This document shows, one piece after another, positions 1 through 8,999 of a stretch of 64,000 nucleotides of DNA (its first letter is position 1; each line of letters begins with the position of its first letter). This stretch comes from a candidate division TM6 bacterium GW2011_GWF2_28_16 (lineage in GTDB: Bacteria; Patescibacteriota; Microgenomatia; UBA1400; PJMF01). Below the pieces are notes generated by a model, which saw only the letters and a program-made list of their open reading frames with translations, ran no database searches and was not told where the DNA came from. The stretch is taken from assembly GCA_001029715.1 (NCBI GenBank), contig CP011212.1, positions 259,407 through 323,406 of the forward strand, read 5' to 3'. Position numbers and translations under genes: made by a program.

Positions 1-26
1 GTTACAATCTCTCATAGATTAACAAA

Positions 27-173
27 TCAAATCAAGAGAAATGGTGAAGGAACTAGCCTTTTGACCCATTCAGCAACCGATCTTTCATGAAAGACGCGGT
101 GCTAAATCTAGCTCGCAAGAGGGAGATTCGCTCGTTTGAGAAAATTCAAACACTCTTTGCGGAGTGTTTTTTT
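27..173 (+). promoter_or_regulatory. SAM-I-like riboswitch leader with intrinsic terminator upstream of metK
   Basis: Several blocks resemble the SAM-I consensus: TCAAGAG, GGTGAAGGAACTAGCC (compare GGUGGAGGGACUGGCCC), GACCC, CAGCAACC and GGTGCTAAATCT (compare GGUGCCAAUUCC). A P1-like pairing joins TCAAA (27-31) with TTTGA (135-139), and TTTGA can alternatively pair with TCAAA at 146-150. A clean terminator follows: AAACACTC-TTTGCG-GAGTGTTT plus a T-run (147-173). metK starts at 226. Confidence 0.45.
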
Positions 174-225
174 ATTTCTCCCCACAATTATTAATTTAAG
201 TTAATCGTTTTTAGAAGGAAAAAAT

Positions 226-1341
226 ATGTTTGATCAATTTACTTCGGAATCAGTAGCCGCTGGTCATCCAGACAAGATTTGTGATCAAATCTCTGACAGT
301 ATTATTGATGCTTGTTTAGCAGCTGATCCAAAAAGTCGTGTAGCAGTGGAAACTTTAGTAACCACCAATAAAGTTGTTTTGGCTGGTGAGGTGACTTGTT
401 CCACTCAAATTGATTTTGCCAAGATTGCTCGTCAAACTATTAAAAGATTGGGTTATGTTAATCCTGATTGGGGATTTTCTGATCAATCAGATATTGAAGT
501 TTATATTCATGAGCAGTCTCCAGATATTGCCGTTGGCGTGGATGATGGTGGAGCAGGAGATCAGGGAATTATGTTTGGTTATGCTTGCAATGAGACTCCA
601 GAATTAATGCCGATGCCGATTATGATGGCTCATCAGTTAATGCGTAGTTTAGACAAAGCAAGAGAAACTAACTTAATTTCTTATCTTAGACCAGATGGCA
701 AGGCACAAGTCGTCATTGATTATGATAAAAAAGGTCAGCCTCAAAAAGTTTCTACCATCATTATGGCAGTGCCTTACGATCCAAAAATTAGCAAAAAGCA
801 ATTAGACAATGATCTTTGGGAAAAAATTATTGTGCCTGCAGTTAAAAAGTATTTACCAAAGCAAGTTTTGATTAAAGATGACATTAAATTAATTATCAAT
901 GGTACTGGTGCTTGGGAGATTGGTGGGCCAGCCTCAGATACAGGAGTGACTGGTCGTAAAATTATCGTTGACACTTATGGTGGCATGGGTCGTCATGGCG
1001 GAGGCTGTTTTTCTGGGAAAGATCCTAGCAAAGTTGATCGCAGTGCTGCTTATGCCTGTCGCTTTTTGGCCAAAAATATTGTTGCTCATGGTTTGGCTAG
1101 TCGTTGCGAGCTAAGAGTGGGTTATGTTATTGGTCAGGCTCAACCAGTTTCTTTTAATGTTGAAACATTTAGTACTGGTAAAGTTAGTGAACAAGAAATC
1201 AAAGAATATGCTCTAAGTTTATTAGACATGTCAGTCAAAAATATTATTAAAAAACTTGATTTACGAAAGCCAGTTTTTGCTAAGACTGCTGCCTATGGTC
1301 ACTTTGGTAGGGAAGAATTTTCTTGGGAAAAAATTGTTTAG
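226..1341 (+). CDS. metK: S-adenosylmethionine synthetase
   Basis: GHPDKICDQISD N-terminal motif; GGGAFSGKD-like and full-length MetK architecture (371 aa). Confidence 0.95.
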   Translation: MFDQFTSESVAAGHPDKICDQISDSIIDACLAADPKSRVAVETLVTTNKVVLAGEVTCSTQIDFAKIARQTIKRLGYVNPDWGFSDQSDIEVYIHEQSPDIAVGVDDGGAGDQGIMFGYACNETPELMPMPIMMAHQLMRSLDKARETNLISYLRPDGKAQVVIDYDKKGQPQKVSTIIMAVPYDPKISKKQLDNDLWEKIIVPAVKKYLPKQVLIKDDIKLIINGTGAWEIGGPASDTGVTGRKIIVDTYGGMGRHGGGCFSGKDPSKVDRSAAYACRFLAKNIVAHGLASRCELRVGYVIGQAQPVSFNVETFSTGKVSEQEIKEYALSLLDMSVKNIIKKLDLRKPVFAKTAAYGHFGREEFSWEKIV

Positions 1342-1376
1342 TTTTTAAAATTTATCCATTGTGATATATTTACTTT

Positions 1377-2168
1377 ATGAAGAAAAAATTTCCACTTTTC
1401 CTCTTATTAATTATTATTGCTGGAGCAGCTGTTTATTTTTTTAGTCAAAAAAATAATCCGCAGTTGGCAGAGAAAGCGGCTGAAAAAGCTGTAGTCAATG
1501 AAATGTTGGCCAACTGTAAATACGATAAAGACGTTTGTGCTTACTTTGTTGCTCAGGCTCAAGCGATGGAAAAGGGTGTCGTCATTAGTACCGTAGCTAA
1601 TTTAGGTGAATATGGAACCAGTACTAGTGAAATGAAAACCAGTGGTAGTGATATGGAAGTGAATAGCTATAAAGATGGTCAGCTGGAGTCAAGCATGATT
1701 TCTTTTGGTGGAGTCACTTATTTCGAAGACTTAGAAGACAACAGTTGGTACCAGGTGGGTGACGCTGAGGGCAATTTTAGCGATCCTAAAGAAAGTTTAG
1801 TAGAAATTCAAGCTACTTATAATGAAGATAATTTGGACATGCAAATTAAAAAAGTGGGTAGTGAGGCTTGCGGAAATTTGACCTGCGATAAGTATGAAAT
1901 CATTGATACTATGGGCGAAGATGGTAGCACTAGCTATGTTTGGATTGACACTAAGGAGCACTTGGCTCGCAGAATGGAATTTAGCTTTGAGGGTGGATCC
2001 AATGTAATGGAATATAAATATGAAGCGGTACAAATTAACAAACCAGCTCCAATTAAGGAAATGCCCATGTTTGATGCTCCTGACAGCAGTGAAGTAGAAA
2101 GTGGCGAGATGCCTTCCCAAGCAGAACTTGAGCAAATGATGAAAGATTATGGATTAGATGGCGAATAA
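1377..2168 (+). CDS. hypothetical secreted/membrane-anchored protein
   Basis: N-terminal hydrophobic segment (FPLFLLLIIIAGAAVYFF); acidic C-terminus; no recognisable catalytic motif. Confidence 0.5.
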   Translation: MKKKFPLFLLLIIIAGAAVYFFSQKNNPQLAEKAAEKAVVNEMLANCKYDKDVCAYFVAQAQAMEKGVVISTVANLGEYGTSTSEMKTSGSDMEVNSYKDGQLESSMISFGGVTYFEDLEDNSWYQVGDAEGNFSDPKESLVEIQATYNEDNLDMQIKKVGSEACGNLTCDKYEIIDTMGEDGSTSYVWIDTKEHLARRMEFSFEGGSNVMEYKYEAVQINKPAPIKEMPMFDAPDSSEVESGEMPSQAELEQMMKDYGLDGE

Positions 2169-2646
2169 TTTTTCACCAACTTCAAGCTTGCCAGTTAAAT
2201 TTATTCGTCCTGGAATAAAGGCATTTATTGTTCGTGATGGGAAAATTTTAGTGGTCAAAGAAAAAGTGAAGCGCTTTGGCAAAGAAACAATTATTTATGA
2301 CTTACCAGGTGGAGGGATTGATCCAGGTGAAAATTTACACGATGCTCTCCATCGTGAAGTAATGGAAGAAGTTGGACTTAAAATTGAGATAGGCAAGTCG
2401 GTTGGCAATTGGGATTTTGTCATTCCAAGTTTTGAAGATCCAAATTTTAGCGTACACATTATTTGTATGGGTTATCAATGCAAATTGCTTGGTGAACAGA
2501 TGATAGATATAGACAAAAACCCCGCGAAACTAGAAGATATTTTTGGTACTGTGTGGATGAGCAAGGCAGAAATCTTGGCTTTGGAATATGATGTTTTTGC
2601 CCACAATTTAAATGTGAGAAAAGCTCTGGAGGCTGTGGAAATATAA
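2158..2646 (+). CDS. NUDIX hydrolase
   Basis: Nudix box GGGIDPGENLHDALHREVMEEVGL (Gx5Ex7REUxEExGU). Confidence 0.8.
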   Translation: MANNFSPTSSLPVKFIRPGIKAFIVRDGKILVVKEKVKRFGKETIIYDLPGGGIDPGENLHDALHREVMEEVGLKIEIGKSVGNWDFVIPSFEDPNFSVHIICMGYQCKLLGEQMIDIDKNPAKLEDIFGTVWMSKAEILALEYDVFAHNLNVRKALEAVEI

Positions 2647-2655
2647 ATAGTTGAT

Positions 2656-3948
2656 TTATTTTGCCATCGCTTTTTTCTTTAATTCCAATGGCATTTTTTC
2701 AATGGCATAACGTAAGGAAGTTCTAGGCATCACTGCTTTGTTTTTCATGACGTAATTGAAAACTTCTTGTTGATGAGCTTGGCTAGCTGCTTTGAGCATC
2801 CAACCATAGCCTTTTTGCACCATATCATCTGAATCAAGTAACAGGCTGTCCGCAATTTCAAAAATGTCTTTGAGGAATTTGCCATTTCTAGCAGGAATGA
2901 TGAGTGAGACAGCACTAGCTCTTTTGACCCATCTATTTTTAGATTTGGTCCATTTTTTTAATTCAGTTAGGTATTCTGGGAAAGTTTCTATGAATTTACC
3001 AATTGTGTGATTGCAAAAAGTATCGCAAGACGCCCAGTTGTTAATATATTTCTCGACCCAGTTTTCAAAAATAGTAAAGTCTTTTGCTTCGTATTGTTTC
3101 CAAACATTATAAGACCAATTACAGGCGATGAAAGTTTCTTCCATATAACCAGATTGCCAAAGTTTTTCACATAAAGAAAATATTTTTTCTTTGCTTTCAT
3201 CTTTGATTTCTTTGAAAGTTTCTTTAGCAATTTTGGCAACAGTAGCGGTTTTGACACCATAAAGCTCAACTGCTTCTTTGAAAAATCTTTGACTAGATGC
3301 TTGAGTTTTAGGGTCAGCATTTTGTTTTAATTGATTTTGGAGGGTTTTGATGAGGGGATGCATATCTTGCTCTCTGTCTGTAAGATATTTTTCACGTAGT
3401 TTTTTGGCGAAAGAAGTCGAAAAAGGTTTCTTGCCAAAAATAGGTGAAACTTCTTGTTTAAGGTGTTCTAGCATTTCTTTATTATTTTTCTTTAAAACTT
3501 TTTGTATAGCTCGACAACCTTCCTGAGTATAAATCCATAGGTAATCTAAATCTTTAAAAGTTCCAAGAACTTTATCATTTAAATAAATATCAATTTTGCC
3601 AAAAGCCCAGTCATCGTGAACTGAAATATATTTAATAATTTGTTTAGATTTATTTTTAGGATAATTAATTGAATCCAGAATTTTTTTCGCAAGCTTCGCC
3701 CCAGTTTTCATGTGTGCTTTTCTAATATCTTTATCGTAGTAATTGACTTCTGCTATATCGGCTAAAGTTGAGTAGCCTATGTCATGTAAGATTGCGAGGG
3801 GCATCAGCAAGGTTTTATCTAGAGATTCTTGTGCACAGACCTCATCAACCTTTTGCATAAACCACTCGATATGTTTAATATCCATGGGACGACCTTTTTG
3901 GTAGTAGGGTTTAGAGAGTTGCCAGATTTGTAAGTAGATATCTTGCAT
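2656..3948 (-). CDS. HD-domain phosphohydrolase fused to an AlkD-like DNA alkylation repair (HEAT-like repeat glycosylase) domain
   Basis: The N-terminal ~200 aa carry H...HD...D motifs (HIEWF; LAILHDIGY). The C-terminal ~230 aa align to AlkD-family blocks (WxxR..RASAVS..; DDMVQKGYGWMLKAASQ, compare QKAIGWVLREYAK). Confidence 0.75.
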   Translation of the reverse strand: MQDIYLQIWQLSKPYYQKGRPMDIKHIEWFMQKVDEVCAQESLDKTLLMPLAILHDIGYSTLADIAEVNYYDKDIRKAHMKTGAKLAKKILDSINYPKNKSKQIIKYISVHDDWAFGKIDIYLNDKVLGTFKDLDYLWIYTQEGCRAIQKVLKKNNKEMLEHLKQEVSPIFGKKPFSTSFAKKLREKYLTDREQDMHPLIKTLQNQLKQNADPKTQASSQRFFKEAVELYGVKTATVAKIAKETFKEIKDESKEKIFSLCEKLWQSGYMEETFIACNWSYNVWKQYEAKDFTIFENWVEKYINNWASCDTFCNHTIGKFIETFPEYLTELKKWTKSKNRWVKRASAVSLIIPARNGKFLKDIFEIADSLLLDSDDMVQKGYGWMLKAASQAHQQEVFNYVMKNKAVMPRTSLRYAIEKMPLELKKKAMAK

Positions 3949-4116
3949 GAAGAATATTGTAGCACTGCAGAAGTGTGGGAACAGTACGCTGTGAGTATTG
4001 CTTAGGTTTGCTTTGTAAACTTAGTGGGATTCGCCCTCTTCGAGGACTAGTCACACACCCCTAAAGAGTGCTTGCTAGGCAAACAGAGTATTTGCTATAT
4101 CGATCTCGCTTGACGG

Positions 4117-4201
4117 CGGAGGGACAGGGATTCGAACCCTGGATAGCTTGCGCTATGGCGGTTTAGTAAACCGCTGCACTAGGCCACTATGCGATCCCTC
4201 C
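4117..4201 (-). tRNA. type-II (long variable arm) Ser-like tRNA with apparent anticodon ACU; CCA not encoded (CCG)
   Basis: The reverse complement folds as a cloverleaf. Acceptor GGAGGGA/TCCCTCC, 3-bp D stem with GG in the loop, anticodon stem GCGGT/ACCGC with loop TTACTAA, variable hairpin ATAGC-GCAA-GCTAT, T arm CAGGG-TTCGAAT-CCCTG, discriminator G. The D-arm is shared with the two other Ser tRNAs in this window. Confidence 0.65.
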
Positions 4202-4235
4202 TTTTTAAACTAACAGGGTCTGATTGTACCAAAGA

Positions 4236-5237
4236 TTAGCTTTTAATAACAGATTTTGTTTTTTGTTTATCCAAGAGAAAAAGACTCAAAAATAAGGTGA
4301 GTCCCCAAAGGGTAATAACGCCGAAAAGAACAGTTGTGCTTAATTGTTTGGTTATCATTGCATAAATAATTCTCATTAAAATTGTATGGGATAAAAAAAT
4401 GATGTAGGAATTTTTGCCTAACCAAAGTAAAAGTTTATTGGCAGGTAATTTTATAGTCACTAAACTTAGACAAAAAGATAAGCCGAATAAAATAATTGAC
4501 AATTTAGTAAATTTTAAAACTGGCAGCGGATCGATACCATTATTGATTTGCTTTAGACAGATAAAAACTATCGCGCCAAAAACTAAAGCACTGAGAACTG
4601 GAGCGAGTTTGACTAATAATTTTGGCAAAGTTTTTAATTTTAAATAAATGCCAAAAGCAAAATAACCAATCCATGACAGTGATAAGGTATATTGAAAGCG
4701 ATCGCTTTTACTGCTTGTAGCGGCGAAAGTGATATAAAGAGTGACTTGGATTAATAGCGTGAGAAATAAAAGTAGTTTTGGTTTTTTTCGAAGCAGCCAA
4801 AGCAAAGGGAAAAGAGCATAAAGCTGAAAAAGTACTGGTAAAAAATATAACTGATAATCAGCTTGACCAAAAAGCAATTGTATCCAAAGCGACATCGGTT
4901 GGTTGCCATATGACCAAGCAGACACGGAACTGATGATTAGAATCGAAGCAAAGCTCCATAATAAATAAAGCGGTAACAGTTTGAAAACTCTTTTTTTGAA
5001 AAAATCTAAATATTCAATTTTTTGGTTTTCATATTTTGTTGCTAGTCCGTAACCAGAAAGCATAATAAAAGCTGGCACACAAAAACGAGCTAATTGATCA
5101 ATGCTGATAAAAAAAAGTTGTTTTTCTGAATTATAAATACCAGGAAAATAAGCAAGAATATGAATGATGACAACGGCGATAATGGCGAGTCCTCTGATTA
5201 AATTAGTTCTTTGGAAGGAGATAAAAATTTTTTGCAC
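4236..5237 (-). CDS. acyltransferase family 3 (OatA-like) integral membrane protein
   Basis: ~10 TM segments; N-terminal NLIRGLAIIAVVIIH motif typical of membrane O-acyltransferases. Confidence 0.6.
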   Translation of the reverse strand: MQKIFISFQRTNLIRGLAIIAVVIIHILAYFPGIYNSEKQLFFISIDQLARFCVPAFIMLSGYGLATKYENQKIEYLDFFKKRVFKLLPLYLLWSFASILIISSVSAWSYGNQPMSLWIQLLFGQADYQLYFLPVLFQLYALFPLLWLLRKKPKLLLFLTLLIQVTLYITFAATSSKSDRFQYTLSLSWIGYFAFGIYLKLKTLPKLLVKLAPVLSALVFGAIVFICLKQINNGIDPLPVLKFTKLSIILFGLSFCLSLVTIKLPANKLLLWLGKNSYIIFLSHTILMRIIYAMITKQLSTTVLFGVITLWGLTLFLSLFLLDKQKTKSVIKS

Positions 5238-5306
5238 TTTAGATATTTATAAATATTATAGCAGTTCGAGAGGACAGATCTAAGCATTAGTAATATAGTA
5301 AGTCAT

Positions 5307-6290
5307 ATGAAATATAGAACATTGGGAAAGACTGGCTATAAAGTTTCTGAGATTGCCTATGGTTCTTGGTCTTTGGGGGCTGATTGGGGTGACGTTTCAG
5401 AAGAACAGGCTTTTTCTACTCTAGCCACATTACCAAAAGCAGGTATTAATTTTATTGATACAGCGGATGTTTATGGTGATGGTAGAAGTGAAAAGTTAAT
5501 TGCTAAATTTGGACAGACTGAGACTGCGCCGATGCACATAGCAACTAAAGCAGGCAGAAGACTAAATCCCCATCTTGCTAGAGGCTATACGGAAGAAAAT
5601 TTAACAAAATTTGTTGAGCGAAGTCTTAAAAATCTAGAGACCAATTGTTTAGATTTGCTCCAACTTCATTGTCCACCAACACAAGTTTTTTATATGCCTG
5701 AAACTTTCAGAGCATTGGATAATTTGGTGAAAGCAGGAAAGATTCGTTACTACGGGGTTAGTGTAGAAAAAGTGGAAGAGGCATTGAAGGCAATTGAATT
5801 TCCAAATGTTTCAACAGTGCAAATAATTTTTAATATGTTTAGACAACGTCCGATGGAATTATTTTTTCAAGAAGCTAAAAAGCGCAACATTGGGATTATT
5901 GTTCGGGTGCCTTTGGCAAGTGGGCTTTTGACTGGTAAGTTTGATTCCAATTCAAAGTTCGCTGAAAACGATCATCGTCTATATAACCGACAAGGAGCAG
6001 CTTTTGATGTAGGTGAAACATTTGCAGGAGTAGATTTCGAAACTGGATTAACTGCAGTAAAAAAGCTCAAAAAGATTGTTCCTGCTGGATATACAATGCC
6101 ACAATTTGCTCTCAAATGGATTTTAATGCAAGATGCTGTTTCGACAGTAATTGTAGGAGGAAAGACAGCAGAGCAAGTTATGGAAAACAGCCAAGCTAGC
6201 GAACTTCCAGCTCTTAGCGATCAATTGATGAAAAAAGTTGCAGATATTTATGAATCTTCAATCAAATCTCAAGTTCATTATCGTTGGTAA
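5307..6290 (+). CDS. aldo/keto reductase
   Basis: LGKTGxxVSxIxxGSW; GINFIDTADVYGDGRSE; full AKR-length (327 aa). Confidence 0.9.
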   Translation: MKYRTLGKTGYKVSEIAYGSWSLGADWGDVSEEQAFSTLATLPKAGINFIDTADVYGDGRSEKLIAKFGQTETAPMHIATKAGRRLNPHLARGYTEENLTKFVERSLKNLETNCLDLLQLHCPPTQVFYMPETFRALDNLVKAGKIRYYGVSVEKVEEALKAIEFPNVSTVQIIFNMFRQRPMELFFQEAKKRNIGIIVRVPLASGLLTGKFDSNSKFAENDHRLYNRQGAAFDVGETFAGVDFETGLTAVKKLKKIVPAGYTMPQFALKWILMQDAVSTVIVGGKTAEQVMENSQASELPALSDQLMKKVADIYESSIKSQVHYRW

Positions 6291-6295
6291 TTTTT

Positions 6296-6556
6296 TTATT
6301 GCCGAATCAGAATTTCTTTTTTGCTTCGACTCAATTTTTTAATCTCGCATTCCTTTTGAGCTGCTTCTTTGTGAGTAGTAAATTTTTCAGAATGAACTAA
6401 TTTGACAGGTCCGCGCCCGCGAGTATAAGTAGCACCTTTACCAGAATTATGGACTTTAATGCGATGATCTAGGTCATATGTCAGACCGGTGTAATAAGTC
6501 TTGTCGGCACATTGCAGGATGTAGGTGAACCAATGAGGATGAGTGGATTTAGGCAC
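6296..6556 (-). CDS. GIY-YIG nuclease domain protein (UPF0213/YhbQ-like)
   Basis: WFTYILQCADKTYYTGLTYDLDHRIKVHNSGKGATYT... GIY-YIG signature; 86 aa. Confidence 0.85.
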   Translation of the reverse strand: MPKSTHPHWFTYILQCADKTYYTGLTYDLDHRIKVHNSGKGATYTRGRGPVKLVHSEKFTTHKEAAQKECEIKKLSRSKKEILIRQ

Positions 6557-6563
6557 GATACCA

Positions 6564-6938
6564 TTATACAGGCGATTCGGTCATCGCATGGATAAAACCA
6601 ATAATAAGGCCGTTGTCTAAATCTTCACCACAGGAGATGTATCCATTTAAAAAGTCAGGAGAGATTTTACTCCACTCACTGTTTAATTCAAAATTATTTT
6701 TCTTTGCAAAATCTGGCCACTTAGCTAGGGTTTCTTGAAGGGCTGCTTCGTTTTCAAATTTCTTTCCGACGACATATTTATCAAGAAAAAGAGAAAGTAT
6801 TTTATAGGTAGGACGAGTTATTGTTAAAAAATATTTAGTAGCTGAATCTTCTAAAGCTCTTATATCTTCTGGTGAAAGACCACTACCCTGATCCTTGTTT
6901 AGAAGATCGTTTTGACAGCCTTCAATCTCTATCGGCAT
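6564..6938 (-). CDS. hypothetical small protein, paralog of 9663..10028
   Basis: Shares the FLDKxVxxKKFxNxxxLxxxLxKWPxFAxxN...E..W block and an acidic C-terminal tail with the other copy. Confidence 0.6.
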   Translation of the reverse strand: MPIEIEGCQNDLLNKDQGSGLSPEDIRALEDSATKYFLTITRPTYKILSLFLDKYVVGKKFENEAALQETLAKWPDFAKKNNFELNSEWSKISPDFLNGYISCGEDLDNGLIIGFIHAMTESPV

Positions 6939-7033
6939 AAATTATCCTTTTCGTTAAAAAATTGATAATCAATGTAATAATATATCAAACAACGTCATTG
7001 TCAATAATGAAGCGAAATAAAGGGCTTTTTTGC

Positions 7034-7666
7034 TTATACCGTATTAAAATAGCGATCACCGTAGTCACCGAGTCCTGGAACAATATATTTTTTATCATTA
7101 AGTTTTTGATCAATGCTGGCGGTAAAAATTTTTACTTTAGGAAATTCTTGATGAATGGCTTCAATTCCTTCAGGTGCAGCGAGGACGCTGGCAACGCGCA
7201 TTTCTTTTGGATTTTCTTCTGCCATTCTGCGTAATAAATGTAAAATAGAACCGCCAGTAGCTAGCATCGGGTCGGTAACAATGATGGTAGTGTTGTGATC
7301 AATCTCCGGTAGTTTCCAATAATATTCGCGGGCGACAGCTGTGCATTCATCACGTTCCAAACCGACGAAGCCGACTTTGACATTGGGTAATAAATCCATG
7401 GCTCCAAAAAGCATAGCAATGCCAGAGCGTAAAACAGGTACAACAACTATATTTTCATCTAGTGTGCACGATGTAGTTTCACAAAGAGGTGTTTCAATCT
7501 TTCCTTTTTTACAAGACAAGCTTTTAGTGGCTTCGGCAAATAATAAATAACAAATACGATCAGAGTTCTCACGGAATTCGTGTAATGATGTTTTTTTATC
7601 GCGTAGGTGACTGAGGGAATCTTGAATAATAGGATTTTTACAAACGAAAACATTTTTTAAAATCAT
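7034..7666 (-). CDS. upp: uracil phosphoribosyltransferase
   Basis: PRPP-binding IIVTDPMLATGGS and C-terminal YIVPGLGDYGDRYFNT. Confidence 0.9.
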   Translation of the reverse strand: MILKNVFVCKNPIIQDSLSHLRDKKTSLHEFRENSDRICYLLFAEATKSLSCKKGKIETPLCETTSCTLDENIVVVPVLRSGIAMLFGAMDLLPNVKVGFVGLERDECTAVAREYYWKLPEIDHNTTIIVTDPMLATGGSILHLLRRMAEENPKEMRVASVLAAPEGIEAIHQEFPKVKIFTASIDQKLNDKKYIVPGLGDYGDRYFNTV

Positions 7667-7741
7667 ATTTTTTTAGTCTAATTTAATTATGGGAAGATGG
7701 CAAGGGAGATTGCGATTGAATGATTCTTAATATACCCCCCA

Positions 7742-8215
7742 ATGGTATGCTATACTTATTTCATGATTTCTATAAAAGAATTTTTAATAGTCAAAATCCT
7801 GCGTAGTAATTATTGTAAATTAATTTGGTTGCTGGGGTTTTTTGGCAGTTATTTTTTAATTCCAAAGCATCTCTTTATGACTGCCTATGCTTATTTGGCT
7901 TTGTTTTTTATGTTGGGTTTTGCGACGATGCTGACTTGTTTTATTCGCAATATAAAAGAAAAAATTACTTTAGCTAAAACTTATAAATCTTCTTTTTTGG
8001 GGATTTTGGCTTCTATTTTGGGTCTAACAGCTTTGCAACTTTGTGGACTTGGAGGTGTTTTTTGTAGCGGCAGTGTTTTTCTTGGATTATTAACGACTAT
8101 TTTTCCTGGAATAGCTTTAGGAATTTTTAGTCAGTATGCAGTGGAATTAGTGATTTTTTCGATCATTATGCAAGCGGTTACGATTTGGCAAATGGGCTGT
8201 TTTAAGAAGAAGTAA
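7742..8215 (+). CDS. hypothetical integral membrane protein
   Basis: 4-5 predicted TM helices; no motif. Confidence 0.45.
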   Translation: MVCYTYFMISIKEFLIVKILRSNYCKLIWLLGFFGSYFLIPKHLFMTAYAYLALFFMLGFATMLTCFIRNIKEKITLAKTYKSSFLGILASILGLTALQLCGLGGVFCSGSVFLGLLTTIFPGIALGIFSQYAVELVIFSIIMQAVTIWQMGCFKKK

Positions 8216-8941
8216 TTAAGCCAAAAAATAAATCAATCCTGCTCCAATTGAAAAGCTGAGGAGTGAAAGCAAGAGTTTAACTACATTCTTTTCTGCACGA
8301 ATTTCTGGAAGCAAATCAGAAGTAGCAATATAAATAAATCCACCGGCAGCAATAGCGAGTAAATAATAATTAAAGGATTCCACGCTACTGTAAAAACTAC
8401 CTACGATTGTGCCAATTATGGCAACTAAGGCAACGGCGAAATTGAGCAAAATGGCTTTCTTTTTACTAAAACCTGCATGAATTAAAACGCCAAAATCACC
8501 AAATTCTTGAGGTAATTCGTGTAGAGCAATCGCTAAACTACTAGATAAACCAACACGCCAATCGATAGTGAAGCTAGCAGCAATAATCAAACCATCAATG
8601 AAGTTGTGAATAGAATCACCTAGTAAATTCATATAACCAAAACTATGGACATGGCAATTTTCTTTATGGCAGTGGCGCCATTGGAAAATCTTTTCAATGA
8701 TAAAAAATGCAAAGAAAGCTAGAAAAGTTACTAATAAACTGGTCTCAATTCCTAAAGCTTCAGCGCTCTCTGGAATTAGATGAAAAAAAGCATCAGCCAT
8801 TAGAGTTCCAGCGGCTAAAGCTAGTAAATAGATAATAATTTTATGAAGGAGTTTGTGTTTAATGCTGAGTGAAAAAACGCCTAATAGAGAAATGAGGCTG
8901 ATCAAAAAAGTAGCTAATAGAGCGAAAAGTAAATTTGACAT
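8216..8941 (-). CDS. zupT: ZIP family metal (zinc) transporter
   Basis: HNFIDGLIIAASF and HELPQEFGDFGVL ZIP signatures; 8 TM. Confidence 0.85.
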   Translation of the reverse strand: MSNLLFALLATFLISLISLLGVFSLSIKHKLLHKIIIYLLALAAGTLMADAFFHLIPESAEALGIETSLLVTFLAFFAFFIIEKIFQWRHCHKENCHVHSFGYMNLLGDSIHNFIDGLIIAASFTIDWRVGLSSSLAIALHELPQEFGDFGVLIHAGFSKKKAILLNFAVALVAIIGTIVGSFYSSVESFNYYLLAIAAGGFIYIATSDLLPEIRAEKNVVKLLLSLLSFSIGAGLIYFLA

Positions 8942-8999
8942 AGGTTGTATTTTAACAGAGATGGGAAGATGGAATAATTGGATTTATGCTTAAGGGGGA

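Noticed and set aside
410-3320. Short ORFs embedded in or antisense to metK, the 263-aa gene and the HD-AlkD gene (410..607, 774..974, 1797..2135, 2988..3320)
   Set aside because: They lie entirely within longer, motif-supported genes on the same or opposite strand, and their compositionally biased translations are typical of AT-rich frame noise.
3949-4116. Possible ncRNA in the GC-mixed spacer between the HD-AlkD gene and the tRNA
   Set aside because: No convincing conserved helices or tRNA-like fold; probably just a promoter/UTR region.
4117-4201. tRNA-Sec or tRNA-Leu/Tyr identity for the first type-II tRNA
   Set aside because: The acceptor is 7 bp, not 8. The loop does not place TCA, GTA or any Leu anticodon in positions 34-36. 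The D-arm matches the Ser tRNAs.
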